Assembly: GCA_001179505.1 (NCBI GenBank)
Contig: CDMY01000840.1
Span: 124,001 to 188,000 of the forward strand
Direction: 5' to 3'
Length of the DNA stretch: 64,000 bases
Source of the DNA: Vitrella brassicaformis CCMP3155
Lineage: Eukaryota; Protista; Chromerida
Below, piece by piece: positions 11,534 to 23,695 of this stretch. Below the pieces are notes generated by a model, which saw only the letters and a list, made by a program, of their open reading frames with translations, ran no database searches and was not told the origin of the DNA. The position numbers and the translations under genes were made by a program. Position 1 is the stretch's first letter, and each line of letters opens with the position of its first letter.

Positions 11534-13022
11534 ATGAATTCGTGTCGTTGTATCCATCAGGCGATAGCGAGTCAGTGGACACCCATCGCTGCCGACTGCC
11601 TGTCCAAAACACTGACGGACGAAGCCGGCCGCGACTCGTCTCACAGCTCCAACCGGCCCATCTGGATCCTCGACTGCGGCGCCGGCCAGGGCAAATCGTC
11701 CGGCGGTGTCATGACCGCTCTCCTCAAGGCCATCCGCGAGCAGGATCCCAAGCGGCCAGTGTGTGTGCTGCACCAAGATCAGGCGGGCAATGATTGGAGT
11801 GAGATGTTCAAGACAGTGCACGGTGGCTATTTGCAGCGGGACATCAATGCCCTGGCTTTCGCCTCGGGCACATTGATGGTGAGAGAGAGGGAGAGGGGGG
11901 GGGAATGCTTGTGCGCATCTGTCGCTGTATGCACGTGGTATGTGTCTGCAGAATGGTCGTCTCTTGCCGGACGAGAGTCTTCACCTGGCCATGGCATTTG
12001 ACAACATTCACTGGTACACATACACAGACAGCAGGCTTGATTGACATCTGTGTCAAGCTTGTGCTCTCCATTTGTGCAGGCTGGACAGATACCCACTGCC
12101 CCTGAGTGACGGGCTCGTCCACTCCTGCAGCAAGGACCCTGCAGCCGTCACCGCATGGGCAGAGGTACACACACACACACACACCTCCCCCGGTATACAT
12201 TGCTGCCTGCCTGCCTGCCTGCTTTCGTCGAATGGAGGTCAAGAAGCGTGAATGGGAGAGCTTCCTGTCTGCCCGCAGCGCTGAGCTCATCGACGGAGGG
12301 CATTTGTGCGTGTCCTGGCTGCAGCCGGAGGCGGGCGGGGGCGGGCTCTTCAGTGGCATATACAACGTCATGAACATCATGGCCACCAATGGATGGTAAC
12401 AACGAACGAGAAATCCACTCCTGCACGCACGATGCTCTCTTCTGTGTGCAGGGTGTCTCCCGAGACAGCAAGAAAGGCGTGTTTCCCCTTTATGTATCTG
12501 CCACTGAAGGCCGTGCTGGAGCCCTTTCGCCCCTTCCGATGCAGCAACCCCCCAATGGAGGAGCCGCTCGACACCAACGGCCCTTTGGCATTCCCGGCAT
12601 TCCAAAAGGTGCTGCCTCTGCAGCTGGAGGCCATCTGGACGGAGGACGATCGCTTCTTCCTCCATAGATATGAGAGGCGGATTGCCTCGGCCAGATGCGA
12701 CAAACATGAGGCCGCTGAGCTGTTCTTTGATGAGGTGGGTGAGAGTGCACGCACAAAGGCCCCACTGTCCACGGCATAAGTGTGTGTCTGTGGGTATGCG
12801 TGTATGCAGATTGTGTCATCGATCCGCGAGTGGAGTGAGGGCATGGTGACGTCGTTCATGCGGGAGGACTGCCGGATGGTGACCGACAGCGGCCCCAGCA
12901 ACGTGCCCATGATGGTGGAGGAGTTCTACGCCACCCTGAGACACGAGCTGGTGCGCGTCAATGACGGGCGGCCCAGGCCACTCGGCATCAAGACACACCT
13001 GCTGGTCATCAGGAAATTGTGA
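11534..13022 (+). CDS. SAM-dependent carboxyl methyltransferase, SABATH / Methyltransf_7 family
   Basis: Family motifs appear in order: ILDCGAGQGKSS (cf. IADLGCSSGPN), HQDQAGNDW (cf. NDLPGNDF), GTLM|NGRLLPDESLHL..FDNIHW (cf. GSFYGRLFP..SLH...LHW), and EWESFLSARSAELIDGG (cf. DF..FL..RA.EL..GG). Five GT-AG introns. Confidence 0.85.
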
Positions 13023-13257
13023 GTGGAGAGGGGACAGGGGTGCTGTCGATACGTTGTGTAGATTTGCATCAATCGGCTTTCCCCTTTGTGAATGCGCGGT
13101 TTGCTGAAGCCAGCCTGTGTGTATGTCGATGTGCGTGCCTGCTGTGCTGTGGCAGTTTTGAGCGAATGAGTGGTTTACGCGATGGGAAAACAGACAAATA
13201 AATAAGCGATCCGTGACAGTCAAAAAACCGTCGATTGGAGTGGCATCCATGTCTCAA

Positions 13258-16200
13258 TCAGTCCGCATCCTCATCATCCAAGAGCACATACAGCAGCTGT
13301 GCGCTCGGCACCGCCCCCTCCGTCACAAAGGAGCTGACTTCGTCGGTAGCGGCCTCGTAGTAGAACCGATACACCCCCCCGCACTGCGGCCACCACCCCT
13401 CGTCAGACAGCACCAGCCCCTGCCTATCCACATATGTCGGGGACAGCAGCAGCCGGGGCCCAGTCTCCTCCAGTTTCTGAGGCATGGGCGGCTCGTGGCA
13501 GCGACACAGCGACCCCATCTTCTTTTCATGCCTGTCCCCCTTCTCCCTGCTCTTCACCACGCCACCCTCCAGGCTCAGCTCCATACCCCCGTCACCCACC
13601 TCTCCAGGCTTGTTGCCCCTCACAAAGACGTCGAACACGGACTCGCGCCGGCTCCTCTTCCGTCTCTGGCCTTCACCCTCGGGGCCGCTCGATGACGAAT
13701 GGGCGTGGGATGATGCAGACGATCGTCTGTTGGGCGAGTCACTCGATGAGGCGGCAGTGGAGGGCGGCTCCTGGTGGTGGTGTGGAGCGAGGTCCGGCAA
13801 GGATGGCGACGGCGATAGAGAATCCTCATAGCGACAGCCTGACCCTGGTGCAGCTGTGCTGCTGCTGCTGCTGCTGCTTGCCCCAGAAGATGAAGCGGAG
13901 GAAGCGTGTCTCGTCTCTCTGTCGTTGAACCGGAAGAATGGATCACTCGCAAAGTCGCTGAAGGTGGCGCCGGCAAGTGGCCGATGGGCCTTGACCGATT
14001 CGATGCTCCGCACCATCGGCTGCACCGCAACGCTCTCCCTTTTCTTCCTCACGCTCTCGAAAGTGGGCGGCTGTCTGGGGGCGTCGGTGACATCGAGGTC
14101 GACCAGCCGCCTCCGGGGCGCCTGGTTGGTCACGATGGATTGCAGCGTTAGCTTGGTGGGTTTGGTGTATACTTCGGGGGGAATGTTGGAGAGCTTCGGC
14201 AGAGGCGTGATGAAGGTGTTGAGCGGCCTCAGCTGCCGCTTGCGAGGTGTGGGAGAGGCGGATGACAACTCACAGGCGTCTCCGTCCTGTGCCTGCTGGT
14301 CCTGGAGACCTGGATGCTGCACAATGGACAACATATGGCGACAGAAAGTCAGATGAATGCAATGGCATTGTGTGGCTTGCTCACCTCTCTGATAAGCAGC
14401 CTTCGAATGATGGCTGGGAGTTCCTGGTTGGCCGGCATGACCTTGTTGATGAAGGCATCGCGATAGCCGCGGTACATCCACCTCTGCTCCTGAACAGCGA
14501 ATCGACCGTCGAGACATGGCGCAAGGGTGGGCACAATACGCCCCGCTGACCTGTCTTCTCTTGAGTCCAATTGACAGGACAGTTCTCAGCTGTTCCACCA
14601 GCCTCCAAGCCTCCATGTCCACCTCGGCCCGCATCACCTGCCTCTCCGCCTCTCTCGCGCGTTCCTGATCCTCCTTCTCCCACTTCCTGACCTCCTCTTC
14701 GTCAACAGGGTCCACGATCGCGCCAAGCGACATCCTGGTCATGAGAGAGCGGGGAGACAATCCCTTGAAGTCCGGTGACGCCTCCCCTTTGTGGCTGCTG
14801 CGACGCCTCTCCCCTGGTCGACGAGCAAAGGATGGGTTTGGCACCCTCCAGTCGCCGCGCATGTGCTCCTGGAGGTCTTGCTCCAGTGCACGGATGGGGT
14901 CCGTTGCCTCGTCCTGCTGCTGCCTCTTCGTCTCTTCAATGCCAGCCCGCATCGAGGCTGCGTCTTTTGTCTTGCTTCGGCGGAAGGACGGCTTCACAGG
15001 CGCCACCTCTCGGATGGTCTTGCTGCCGGCAGCGATGATATCGAGATTGGCCGCACTGGCCCGCCGTTTTCTCGTCATCATGAACTCGCCGTCGCCGAGA
15101 CTCCTCCTCTGAGGGGAATCGTCCTTGGGCGCATGGGATGTGGTTGGCGCGTTGGAGGGTATCTGGCGGAGACGAGGCGGTGACGAGGCGGGCAGGGCGG
15201 CCAGGAAGTTGGTAAGGGATGGGGCCGTCGACACGGCTCTGCAGCCGATATGTGGAAGGCCGCCGTAGTGGTAGTGGAGGATGCAATAGAGCGGCGATGT
15301 TCGGCCGAAGAACTGCTCTGGGAGGGAGGGAAGGACTACTGGCGGGGCGTCTTTCTTGCTGCGAAGAAGGAAGCCGCTCACGCCGCACCGGTGATAAATG
15401 TGCTTGAGGAAGGGAGTCAGATGAGCCGACGAACACCACTGCACGAAGTATTTGAGATGCTCTCTGTCAAATGAGGATATGGCAACCGGATGCATCAGAG
15501 TGTGTGTCTCCTTCCCTCCTCTCACTTGATAGAGTACTCAGACATTGTCAGGTTCCATTGTTTGGCATCCTTGCCCGTGCCGCGTGTCACAAAGTGCTGC
15601 GCCCACACCCTCGACGACCGCCTCTTGGGCGGTGAGAGACGGCCCTGCCTACTATGCCGGCTCGATCCGCTCCCCACAGATGATCGCGCGCTGCCAGACT
15701 GGGAATCAGCCGCAGCCTCGCCCTCGGCATTTTCCTCTCCCTCTCTTTCCTCTTCTGAGATGGCGTCATTGCATGATGACCCTGGATCCTCTGAGAAGGT
15801 CACTTGTCTCTTGATTGTTAACGGCTTGCAGAGTTCCGGGGGGGAGGCTGAGGGAGGGGGGCTGGGGGACTTGTCTGCTGGTACCAGGAACTCCTTGACG
15901 TCATCGGCCTCTCCTTCTTCGCCCGACTCTGCCGTCAGCACGTCTCGTGGCGACAGGAGACAGTCGTATACCTCACACCGGTAGCCGCTCATGGCGCCGC
16001 CCCCCAGCAACCCGCGGCATATGGACTCCAGCCAGTAGGTGTACCGAGATCTCCCATGTCTGTCGGGCTGCAGCACGTCCGCATACACACGAAACAGGCT
16101 TTTGATGAGCACCCGCATCTCGTCGGCAACACTTGCCGCCTTTGCCAGCTCCCGAAGAGCAGTCAACCGATGGAATAGCGCGGGGTCGAAGCCAAAGTGC

Positions 16201-18516
16201 AGTCGTACAATCGCCTTTGAAAGGTTCAGCGCCGCAGCGATTATGGCACCAAAGCAGTGGAAGGTCAGGAAATCGGCCAGGAAGAAGGGTGAGTTGTCAC
16301 CGGAATCGCTCGGCGAAGTCTCGGCGGAACAGTACAGGCGACACGAGCACATGCCTTCTGTCGGCCGGTGGAACCCCAGCGAATGGTCCCGTTTGAGCAA
16401 CGCATCGCCCGGCTCCGATCCAATGTTGCCGTGGACAGGACACGAAAGGGCAATGGCCGAGGGACGGAGAAAGGGAGAGAGGAACGCAGCGGACGTCGAG
16501 GGGCGAGGGATACCCACCTGATGATCAGCCATGGCCCATGAGACGTATGCAACAATTGCGTGTAATGACGATGCGTGTTCTTTGGCGTTATTCACCTCGC
16601 AGACAGGCAGGCCGTTCCAGCAGACGGGTGAGCTCTCGGTGCCCTCGGCGGGGGGGATACCTGGCACACACACACACACGCACACACACATACACACACA
16701 CAGCGAGCCATGCACGAAAAGCGGTGGAAGACGGGCATCGTGCTCACCGATCACTGATGACACGGAGTAGAGCCTTTCCGCCTGCTCTATCTGGCTCAGG
16801 CAGTGGTTGTCCGCTGCGTATTTGAGGAGGAAGCTCCGCACCATCTCCGGATTGCCCACCCACGCATACGGATCCACCGTCCGCCTGGAAGCGCGACCAT
16901 AATGCACCTGGCCAAACATACAAGAGAAGAGAGACATTATACTTTGATGGCGGCTTACCACAGCCACAGGAAGGTCCAGGAACTTGTTTGCCTCAAAAAC
17001 AGGTTTGCGAGCCGGCTCTTCCCTCCGAAACCCAATCTCTCTCTCTGAGCCGCCGAGACCGGCGATAGACAGCTTCAGCTCAGGCTGTGACGAGGACTTC
17101 GGAGACGCACATTGCAGCCCGATGCTGCGCAGCCACTGCACAAACGGAAACCCAATCCAGTGTGCCGACAGACTTTGTCAATATGTGGCTTACGCACCTC
17201 TAGATAGGCGCTTGAAGGCTCCTCCCCCGCATAGAGCACCTGGTGTCTGGGCATCTTGGTGCCCTCACGCTTGAGAGTATACCCAGAGGAGGCGAAGTAC
17301 GCGCGGGTCGTGGGCGGCTCCTGGTTCTGCGGTTCGGCCTTAGAAGCATCGTTGTCAGCCGTCGCGTGATCGATCCGATGAATATGGCCGAAGACGAGGG
17401 CCTCTAATGTGCTGCCGACAGATCATGGACGGCAAGATGCAGATTCGAAGACGTGTCCGCAATGTCTCAATGTCACCTTATGGAGTCAATTGCGATCACA
17501 GGTATCCCAGATGTCTCGTCTTCCTCCCATGTGGGGCGACTGGTGTCTTTTGGGAAGGCACCCCTCTCCACTGCGGCCTCTTTGTAATAGGAGGCCACCA
17601 TCAGCATCAGCCAGTAAACCTGCCAAACATGATAAGCCGGTCAGAGGGACACGTCCAGCCGTGCTTTGCCCCTCTCCCTACCGCATTGAAAGGCTGCCGT
17701 ATGAGGGCCCGCAGTCGGTCCGTCCAAACCTTCAGCCGCTCCACATCGTTCTCGCTCGAACTACCCCCTCCCACACACTTCCTCAAGTCGTCATTGAAAG
17801 TCGGATTGTTTCCATTGGGATCGATCAGGCGGCGAAACGCTGACCGGAATGTAGCGTATGACCGGACGTCTTCCTGAAATAGTGGCTGAAGGTCGCTGGA
17901 GCCGCCGATGGCTGTCTCTTCCGTGGAGGCGGCAGCAGACGGCGAGTCTGCCTGGGCGAGCGTGGCCGGGTGGAGCTGGAGAGACGTCTGGGGAAGGCAC
18001 GGCTGAAATACGTAGTAGACACCTGTTTCAGAGTACACATATAGCATTTCCTCCTGTTGCAGAGTCTCCATTACCTTGGTGCGAGATGAATGTGACCTCA
18101 AGGCTCACGGCCGTCTTCCGATCATCCCTTGCGACATTGTCCCACCACACAACCAGAGGCACCACCACCTCCAAGTGACTGCACCCCCCGCCCTCTCCCT
18201 TCCACACGAAATTCCTCTTTTGCGCCATGCTTGCGAACTCCCGCACGGCGGAGCCGAGAGCGGCATTGCCTGGCTGCGAGCGCATGTTGATGAGCTCCTC
18301 GAATGAAGACAGAGTGGCGTCGAATCGGTATGCTGTCCTCTGCATAGATGCGAGTGGAGGGGGGGGTGGCGGCCGCAGTCTGAACGTCGCCAGGGAGCCT
18401 CCGTCTGCCAACATCTTGGCGGCAAGGTGTGACGGGAGGAAGTCTTCCGGAGAAACCTTCGCTCTTCGCTGCCGGGATTGCGCACGAGTGGTGTCGTCAA
18501 GCTGTTGGTTCCTCAT
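13258..18516 (-). CDS. Large hypothetical protein (multi-exon), no recognised domain
   Basis: Long minus-strand ORFs 13258..15525, 15522..17141, 17607..18101 and 18028..18615 contain embedded (GT)n introns. An exon ending EEPSSAYLE|gtgcgt splices to gtgcag|WLRSIG. The likely start is MRNQQL at 18516. It may be more than one gene. Confidence 0.5.
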
Positions 18517-19071
18517 GATGGCTGTGCCTGAAGAAAGCGCACACCCTTTACCGGGCCATCCTGAGAAGACTCCGCAGCCCCCTTTACCCCCCAAGACATT
18601 TCTCGCAGGAGACAAGCTCGCAGTCTTGCTTTCGCTCCAATATATATATCCCTTTCTCCGGCCACATCTCCTCTATTTCTTCGTCTTTTGGGCTGGTTCT
18701 TGGTTTGTCTGACGCGCCTCATCCCCCACCCCTCCCAACTTATTCCAGTTGAGCGCCGAATACACTTGTGTGGCCTCAATGGGCATTGCAAATACATCAA
18801 TGGAACGACGCCATGCAGGACCATGACCCAGGACGCCCCTGTGCCACAGACCAGGAAGCGGAGACACACTTGGTGGAGACGAGGATCACTGCGTGGTCAT
18901 TCTTCCTCTTTTGAAGAACACATGCACATGGACCACATGGAACACGTGCGCTGTGACTGAATGCAGCTGTGTTTTCAGACAAAACTGGAGCTTATGAGTA
19001 AGTCAGTCACTTCACACAACGTTACGAACACTTGACAGCTGTCCAGTGTATTCAGGTTCTTCGCGATCACC

Positions 19072-19399
19072 ATGCCGAGGCTGCTTCCCGACGGCACCTT
19101 TGAGTACACTGCCGAGGACTACGCTGGCCTCGCCGAGACCCTCGGTGTCAACTTGTTTGCACCGTTGTCTGATATCAAGAAGAACTCCCGCCGGCTCTCT
19201 CTGGTACGAGCGCATGCACCGCGATGAGGGAGCATTGGCAATGAGGAGTTGTGCGGTTGGGGGTGGGTTCAATGTGTGTGTGTATGTGCAGGAAAACCAT
19301 CCAGATAAGGGAGGCTCCCACGAGGCGATGTAGCAGCTTAACGAGGCTGCCGACGCCCTCGCGGAAGTGGCGGAGCGCCGCGAGCGCCAGTCCATCCAG
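19072..19399 (+). pseudogene. Truncated tandem duplicate of the downstream J-domain gene (exons 1-2 only, in-frame stop)
   Basis: Near-identical to 19502..19829, including intron 1, at an offset of 430 bp. It has TAG at 19331-19333 where the intact copy has CAG (HPDKGGSHEAM* vs HPDKGGSHETMQ), and lacks exons 3-4. Confidence 0.85.
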
Positions 19400-19501
19400 G
19401 TGGGTGCACACCGCCGTGACACATACAAGCCATACCAGCCGAGCATACGTTTGGCAGAGCAGGCCATTGCATTCTGCCAGCAAGAGCACTCTACGGTCAC
19501 C

Positions 19502-20495
19502 ATGCCGAGGCTGCTTCCCGACGGCACCTTTGAGTACACTGCCGAGGACTATGCCGGCTTCGCCGAGACCCTCGGCGTCAACCCATTTGCACCGCTAGCT
19601 GATATCAAGAAGAAGTACCGCCAGCTCTCCCTGGTACGAGCGCATGCACCGCGATGAGGGTGCATTGGCAATGAGGAGTTGTGCGGTTGGGGGTGGGTTC
19701 AATGCGCGTGTGCGCGCGTGTGTGTGTGTGTCCTGCAGAAGGGCCACCCAGATAAAGGAGGCTCGCACGAGACGATGCAGCAGCTTAACGAGGCTGCCGA
19801 CGGCCTCACGAAAGTGGCGGAGCACCGCGAGCGCGAGTTCATCAAAGTGGGTGCACACCGCCGTACACGTATACACACCAGCCATGCCAGCAAGAGCACA
19901 CGTGTTGGTCACACTGCAATGCATTCTGTGCAGGGTGCCAAGAAGATCTGGGGGTTCTCGCTGTGGCAGGGGCGCCTGCTGAAGAAGAAGGAACAGGAGC
20001 AACGGGAGCAATACAACCAGTACGAGGAGGTGAGCGCCGCGCCGCCCATAGCCTGCGCTCACATACACCCCCCCCACTGGCCCTTTCTGTCTCTCGCGTA
20101 TGCGCGTGTTGCGTGATTGATTCACTCAGATGATGGAGGCCCGAAGGGAGGCCCGAAGGGAGGCCCAAAGGGAGATCGACAGGAAGCTCGAGGAGCTCAA
20201 GAAGAAGAAGGAGGAGAGCGATAAGAAGAAGGAGGGGTGCGATAAGGGCACCAAGGAGAGCCAGGACGAGAGCGTGTGCGCTGCCAACACGACCGACTCG
20301 GCCTCCCCCAAATCCTCCCAAACCCATCCCACGGCCACCGCCAGCCGCACACACGACCAGGACAGCACGGACTCATTCACCACGCACAGCACACACCCTG
20401 CCTGCGCCGACGAGGACAGCATAGAGCTGCCGGCCGGCGTCGAGATAGCGGTGGGGCTGGTTGCCGAGCAGGGCCCTGCGGCGCACGGGCAGTAG
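19502..20495 (+). CDS. J-domain (DnaJ/Hsp40 type III) protein with charged coiled-coil C-terminus
   Basis: Four exons: MPRLLPDGTFEYTAEDYAGFAETLGVNPFAPLADIKKKYRQLSL|KGHPDKGGSHETMQQLNEAADGL..., with an intact HPD motif. The last exon is 20130..20495. Confidence 0.85.
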
Positions 20496-21557
20496 GAGAG
20501 GGGGGAGAGGGAATGAGTGGGGGCGAAGGAAGCTGCTCTGGTGCCAGCCGCTTCTCGATCCATCGCGAGATACAGGGGTGAGGGAGATAGAAGAAGAATA
20601 CGAGCATGAATGACAGATCGATCGCGAGACGGATGTGCGTCATCTCTCCTTTGTTTCTCCCCATTGTCTGTATCTATCTGCAGGCCTGAATCGGTGCCTA
20701 CATTTTATATCCGGTGGCTCCTTCTTTTCCCTTCGTCCTGCACCGATTTATTGCAAGGTGTGCGCCCAAGCCTCCGTTCTAGCTGACACCACACTAAGAT
20801 CAGCAGGTTTCGGCGCCTCCGAGATACTCCGAGAGGGCCGCCTCAGGCCCTCGGGTTGCCCATCTCGATAACTCATCCCACACAGGGTAGCACGCATGCA
20901 AATAGAGCGAGGCACGTGTGTGATGGATGGTTCGGCAGCACACGACAAGGCCGGCTTCCCGCCAATGATCTATGCGGGCCGGGCCACTCATCCGACCTTC
21001 TGGTCAGAACTCGTACAGCCAACACTCAAGTGAGCAGGAAGGCTGGCTGGCTGGCATGACACTCCTGCGCTCTTTGTGTTCAGGCGAGTCACCGCCCCCC
21101 CGTGTGTACAGACTGCATGCCATGGCGTGTGTCATGCACAGGATGGACGGATGGAAGGATGGATGGATGGATGGATAAATGGACACCTGTGTACAGAGGG
21201 TGGTGTGGCGTGGTGTGGTGGTGTCATCCATCGGCAATGAGAAAGCTGTGATTAAAGCCAAGAGCTGGCAGTCGATCTCGTCAAAGGAACCAGCTCCTTC
21301 AGTCAGTCATGTGTCCAGTTTCTCGGCGGCAAAACACCATGCATGTTTTTGAGTGGGAGAGAGGCACTCAGATGGTCAAGCAATGGAAAAGCTGCGGTTT
21401 TTTGCTCAGGAGCTGGTGAGTCTGGGCAGGAAGCTGGCTCCTGTACTCGTGCATACAGCTTTCGTGGACGTTTCCAGCTCTCCGAGGGATCGCTCTTCGG
21501 CTAAGCTCGCACGCGCCGCTGCGTGAAGCTTCAATTCGAGAGGCGTACAAGCAAGCG

Positions 21558-21825
21558 ATGAGTGAGGCGTCAGATGAGCCGCTGGTCCCCGACACTCAGT
21601 TTGACAAGTTTGATGTGGTGAAGAAAGACGAGCAGCGACTCCTGAAGAAGGCCTCGCGGGTGAGCGAAGGCGAAGACCATGAGGCTGCAGAGGAAGCCGT
21701 GGTTTTGGGGTTGGTGGTGCGGACCTACTGGGGCATCATGGAGGGGATGGATGAGGACGGTGAGTGAGTGAGTCCCACGCACACACAAGCACGGAGGCGT
21801 GGTGAGCCACAGACCCATTTGTGTG

Positions 21826-21859
<34 letters not shown>

Positions 21860-23656
21860 CTTGCAGACCCAGATGGCATGAACCCTCAGGAGGGAGAGGT
21901 GCAGGTGGCCTGGATGGACGGATCGGTGCAGAACGTCGATGCTGACAAACTAGTGCTCGGTAGCTGGGTGGCTGAGTGGGTGGAAGCAAACAAGAAACGA
22001 GGCAGACATCCTTCCCTCCCTCCCTCTTTCCCTCCCTCCCTCCATCAGTTGACCGTCTGTTCATCATGGGCGACATTGTGCAGTCCCAGCGCCCGACCGA
22101 CACGGCCACACCCCACATCATGGGCATGGTCATCGCCACACACCAAATCATCGACGTCAAGTAAGACACCCACACACACCCTCCCACACGTACAGGGCAG
22201 CATTCATCAGACCACGTAAAGTGCAACCATTCTCCTTTCACTCAGACTGGCGCCCACGACGCCGTCGAGTGCTTTGGAGCGTCGCGGTTCGTCTGATCGG
22301 GTGGTGCGCGAGGAGGAATGGCACCGCAACATACACATCTCCCACCTCGACGACCCGCCCTTCCCTGCACGCCCGCCGCGTGTGAGGCCCCTCCACCCAT
22401 TTGTCGAAGGTACACAGACCACAAGGCCAGCAGGCCAGCACATCCATTGTGGCATTGTCTATGGCTCTGTGAATGCATGTGTGTGAAGGGAGCGCTGTGT
22501 GTGGTTGTGGGTGGCTGGGTGTGGTGGAGAAGCGGGCCATCAGCTACAAGATCAGGCTGGACGCGGGAACCCTATACGAGCACCCCCACCGCGCCAAAGG
22601 GGTGTCGCCTGAGCTGCGGTCGGGCATTGTCAGCGAACAGTTCCCCCTCTACCCATCGCTGGTCAGCGAGCCAGCAATCACAGCCGCACAACCCACGCCG
22701 ACGCACACGCCTTGATCTGTGTCATCACTCGCTCACAGAGAGTCAAGATCTCTGGCGAGCTGATGCAGCGGCTCTCTCACATGCCGGGCAACGAGGGCTT
22801 GCCGTCAGCTGGACTCACACACGGCACTGTGGAGAGCTTTGACGTGAGGGACGTGCGCGTCAACTGGGTGGCCTGCGGATCGCTGGTACGCAGACAGACA
22901 GACAGACAAATGCACCGCACACAACACAGACAGAGGGAGGGAGGGGAGAGAGCTGAGCTGTGTGAACATGTGTGTTGTGTGTGTGGGCAGACCAATCGCC
23001 TTCGGCCTCCTCGGAGGTGCCCCACCCGGGCCATCCAGCCAACGCACTCCGGTACACCTGGCTCACATCACACCTGTACATATATCGACTCACGATTGTG
23101 TCTGTGCGTGTGTGTGTGTAGTGAACCTCCACCTGGGCGACCCCGTCTACCTGCGCATCGACATCCCACCACCAGCCGACGCATCAACATCAAGTGAGCC
23201 GCAACGTGGTCGGATGGATGTCCTCCCTCCTTTATATATCTCTCTCTGTGTCTGTGCGTCGACAGGCTCGTCAGTCGGTGTGTCCTCCTCCTCAGCCACC
23301 TCCTACCACTACCGGCTGGGTGTGGTGGGCGGCGTGCAGACGAGGGTGTCGGTATTGTGGCAGGACGGCAGTGTGCAGCGTGACATGGCGGGCAAGGAGC
23401 TCTGGCAGGTTCTGCCGCACATCCACACAAAGGCCATCATGCCGGGCATGGTACGTGAGAGCTTGGGGGGGGGGAGAAAGGAGGTGTGTGATGTGACTGT
23501 GGATGGTTGTGGGTGTGTCTGTCAGTATGCGTTGCTGCGCGACCCTGGCGCAACGGAGGAGCAGAAGAGAGAAGAAGACGAGCAGGAGTTCTTCCAGGTA
23601 GCCCAACGCTCACACGCATCCTTCCTTCCTTCGATCCATCCTTCTGCTCCATATTC

Positions 23657-23695
<39 letters not shown>

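Noticed and set aside
11168-11821. Upstream extension of ORF 10619..11821
   Set aside because: It overlaps the SABATH gene antisense. The credible protein begins at MYSSHP (11167).
19502-19830. HPDKGG J-domain resembling polyomavirus T-antigen
   Set aside because: HPDKGG is common in cellular J-proteins. The gene has host-type introns, and no helicase or other viral genes are nearby.
20748-21595. Short minus-strand ORFs upstream of the UBE2O-like gene
   Set aside because: I could not build a consistent spliced frame, and there are no motifs.
21821-21860. CVCVCV / THTHTH 'Cys- or His-rich proteins' in many listed ORFs
   Set aside because: They are translations of intronic (GT)n/(CA)n microsatellites.
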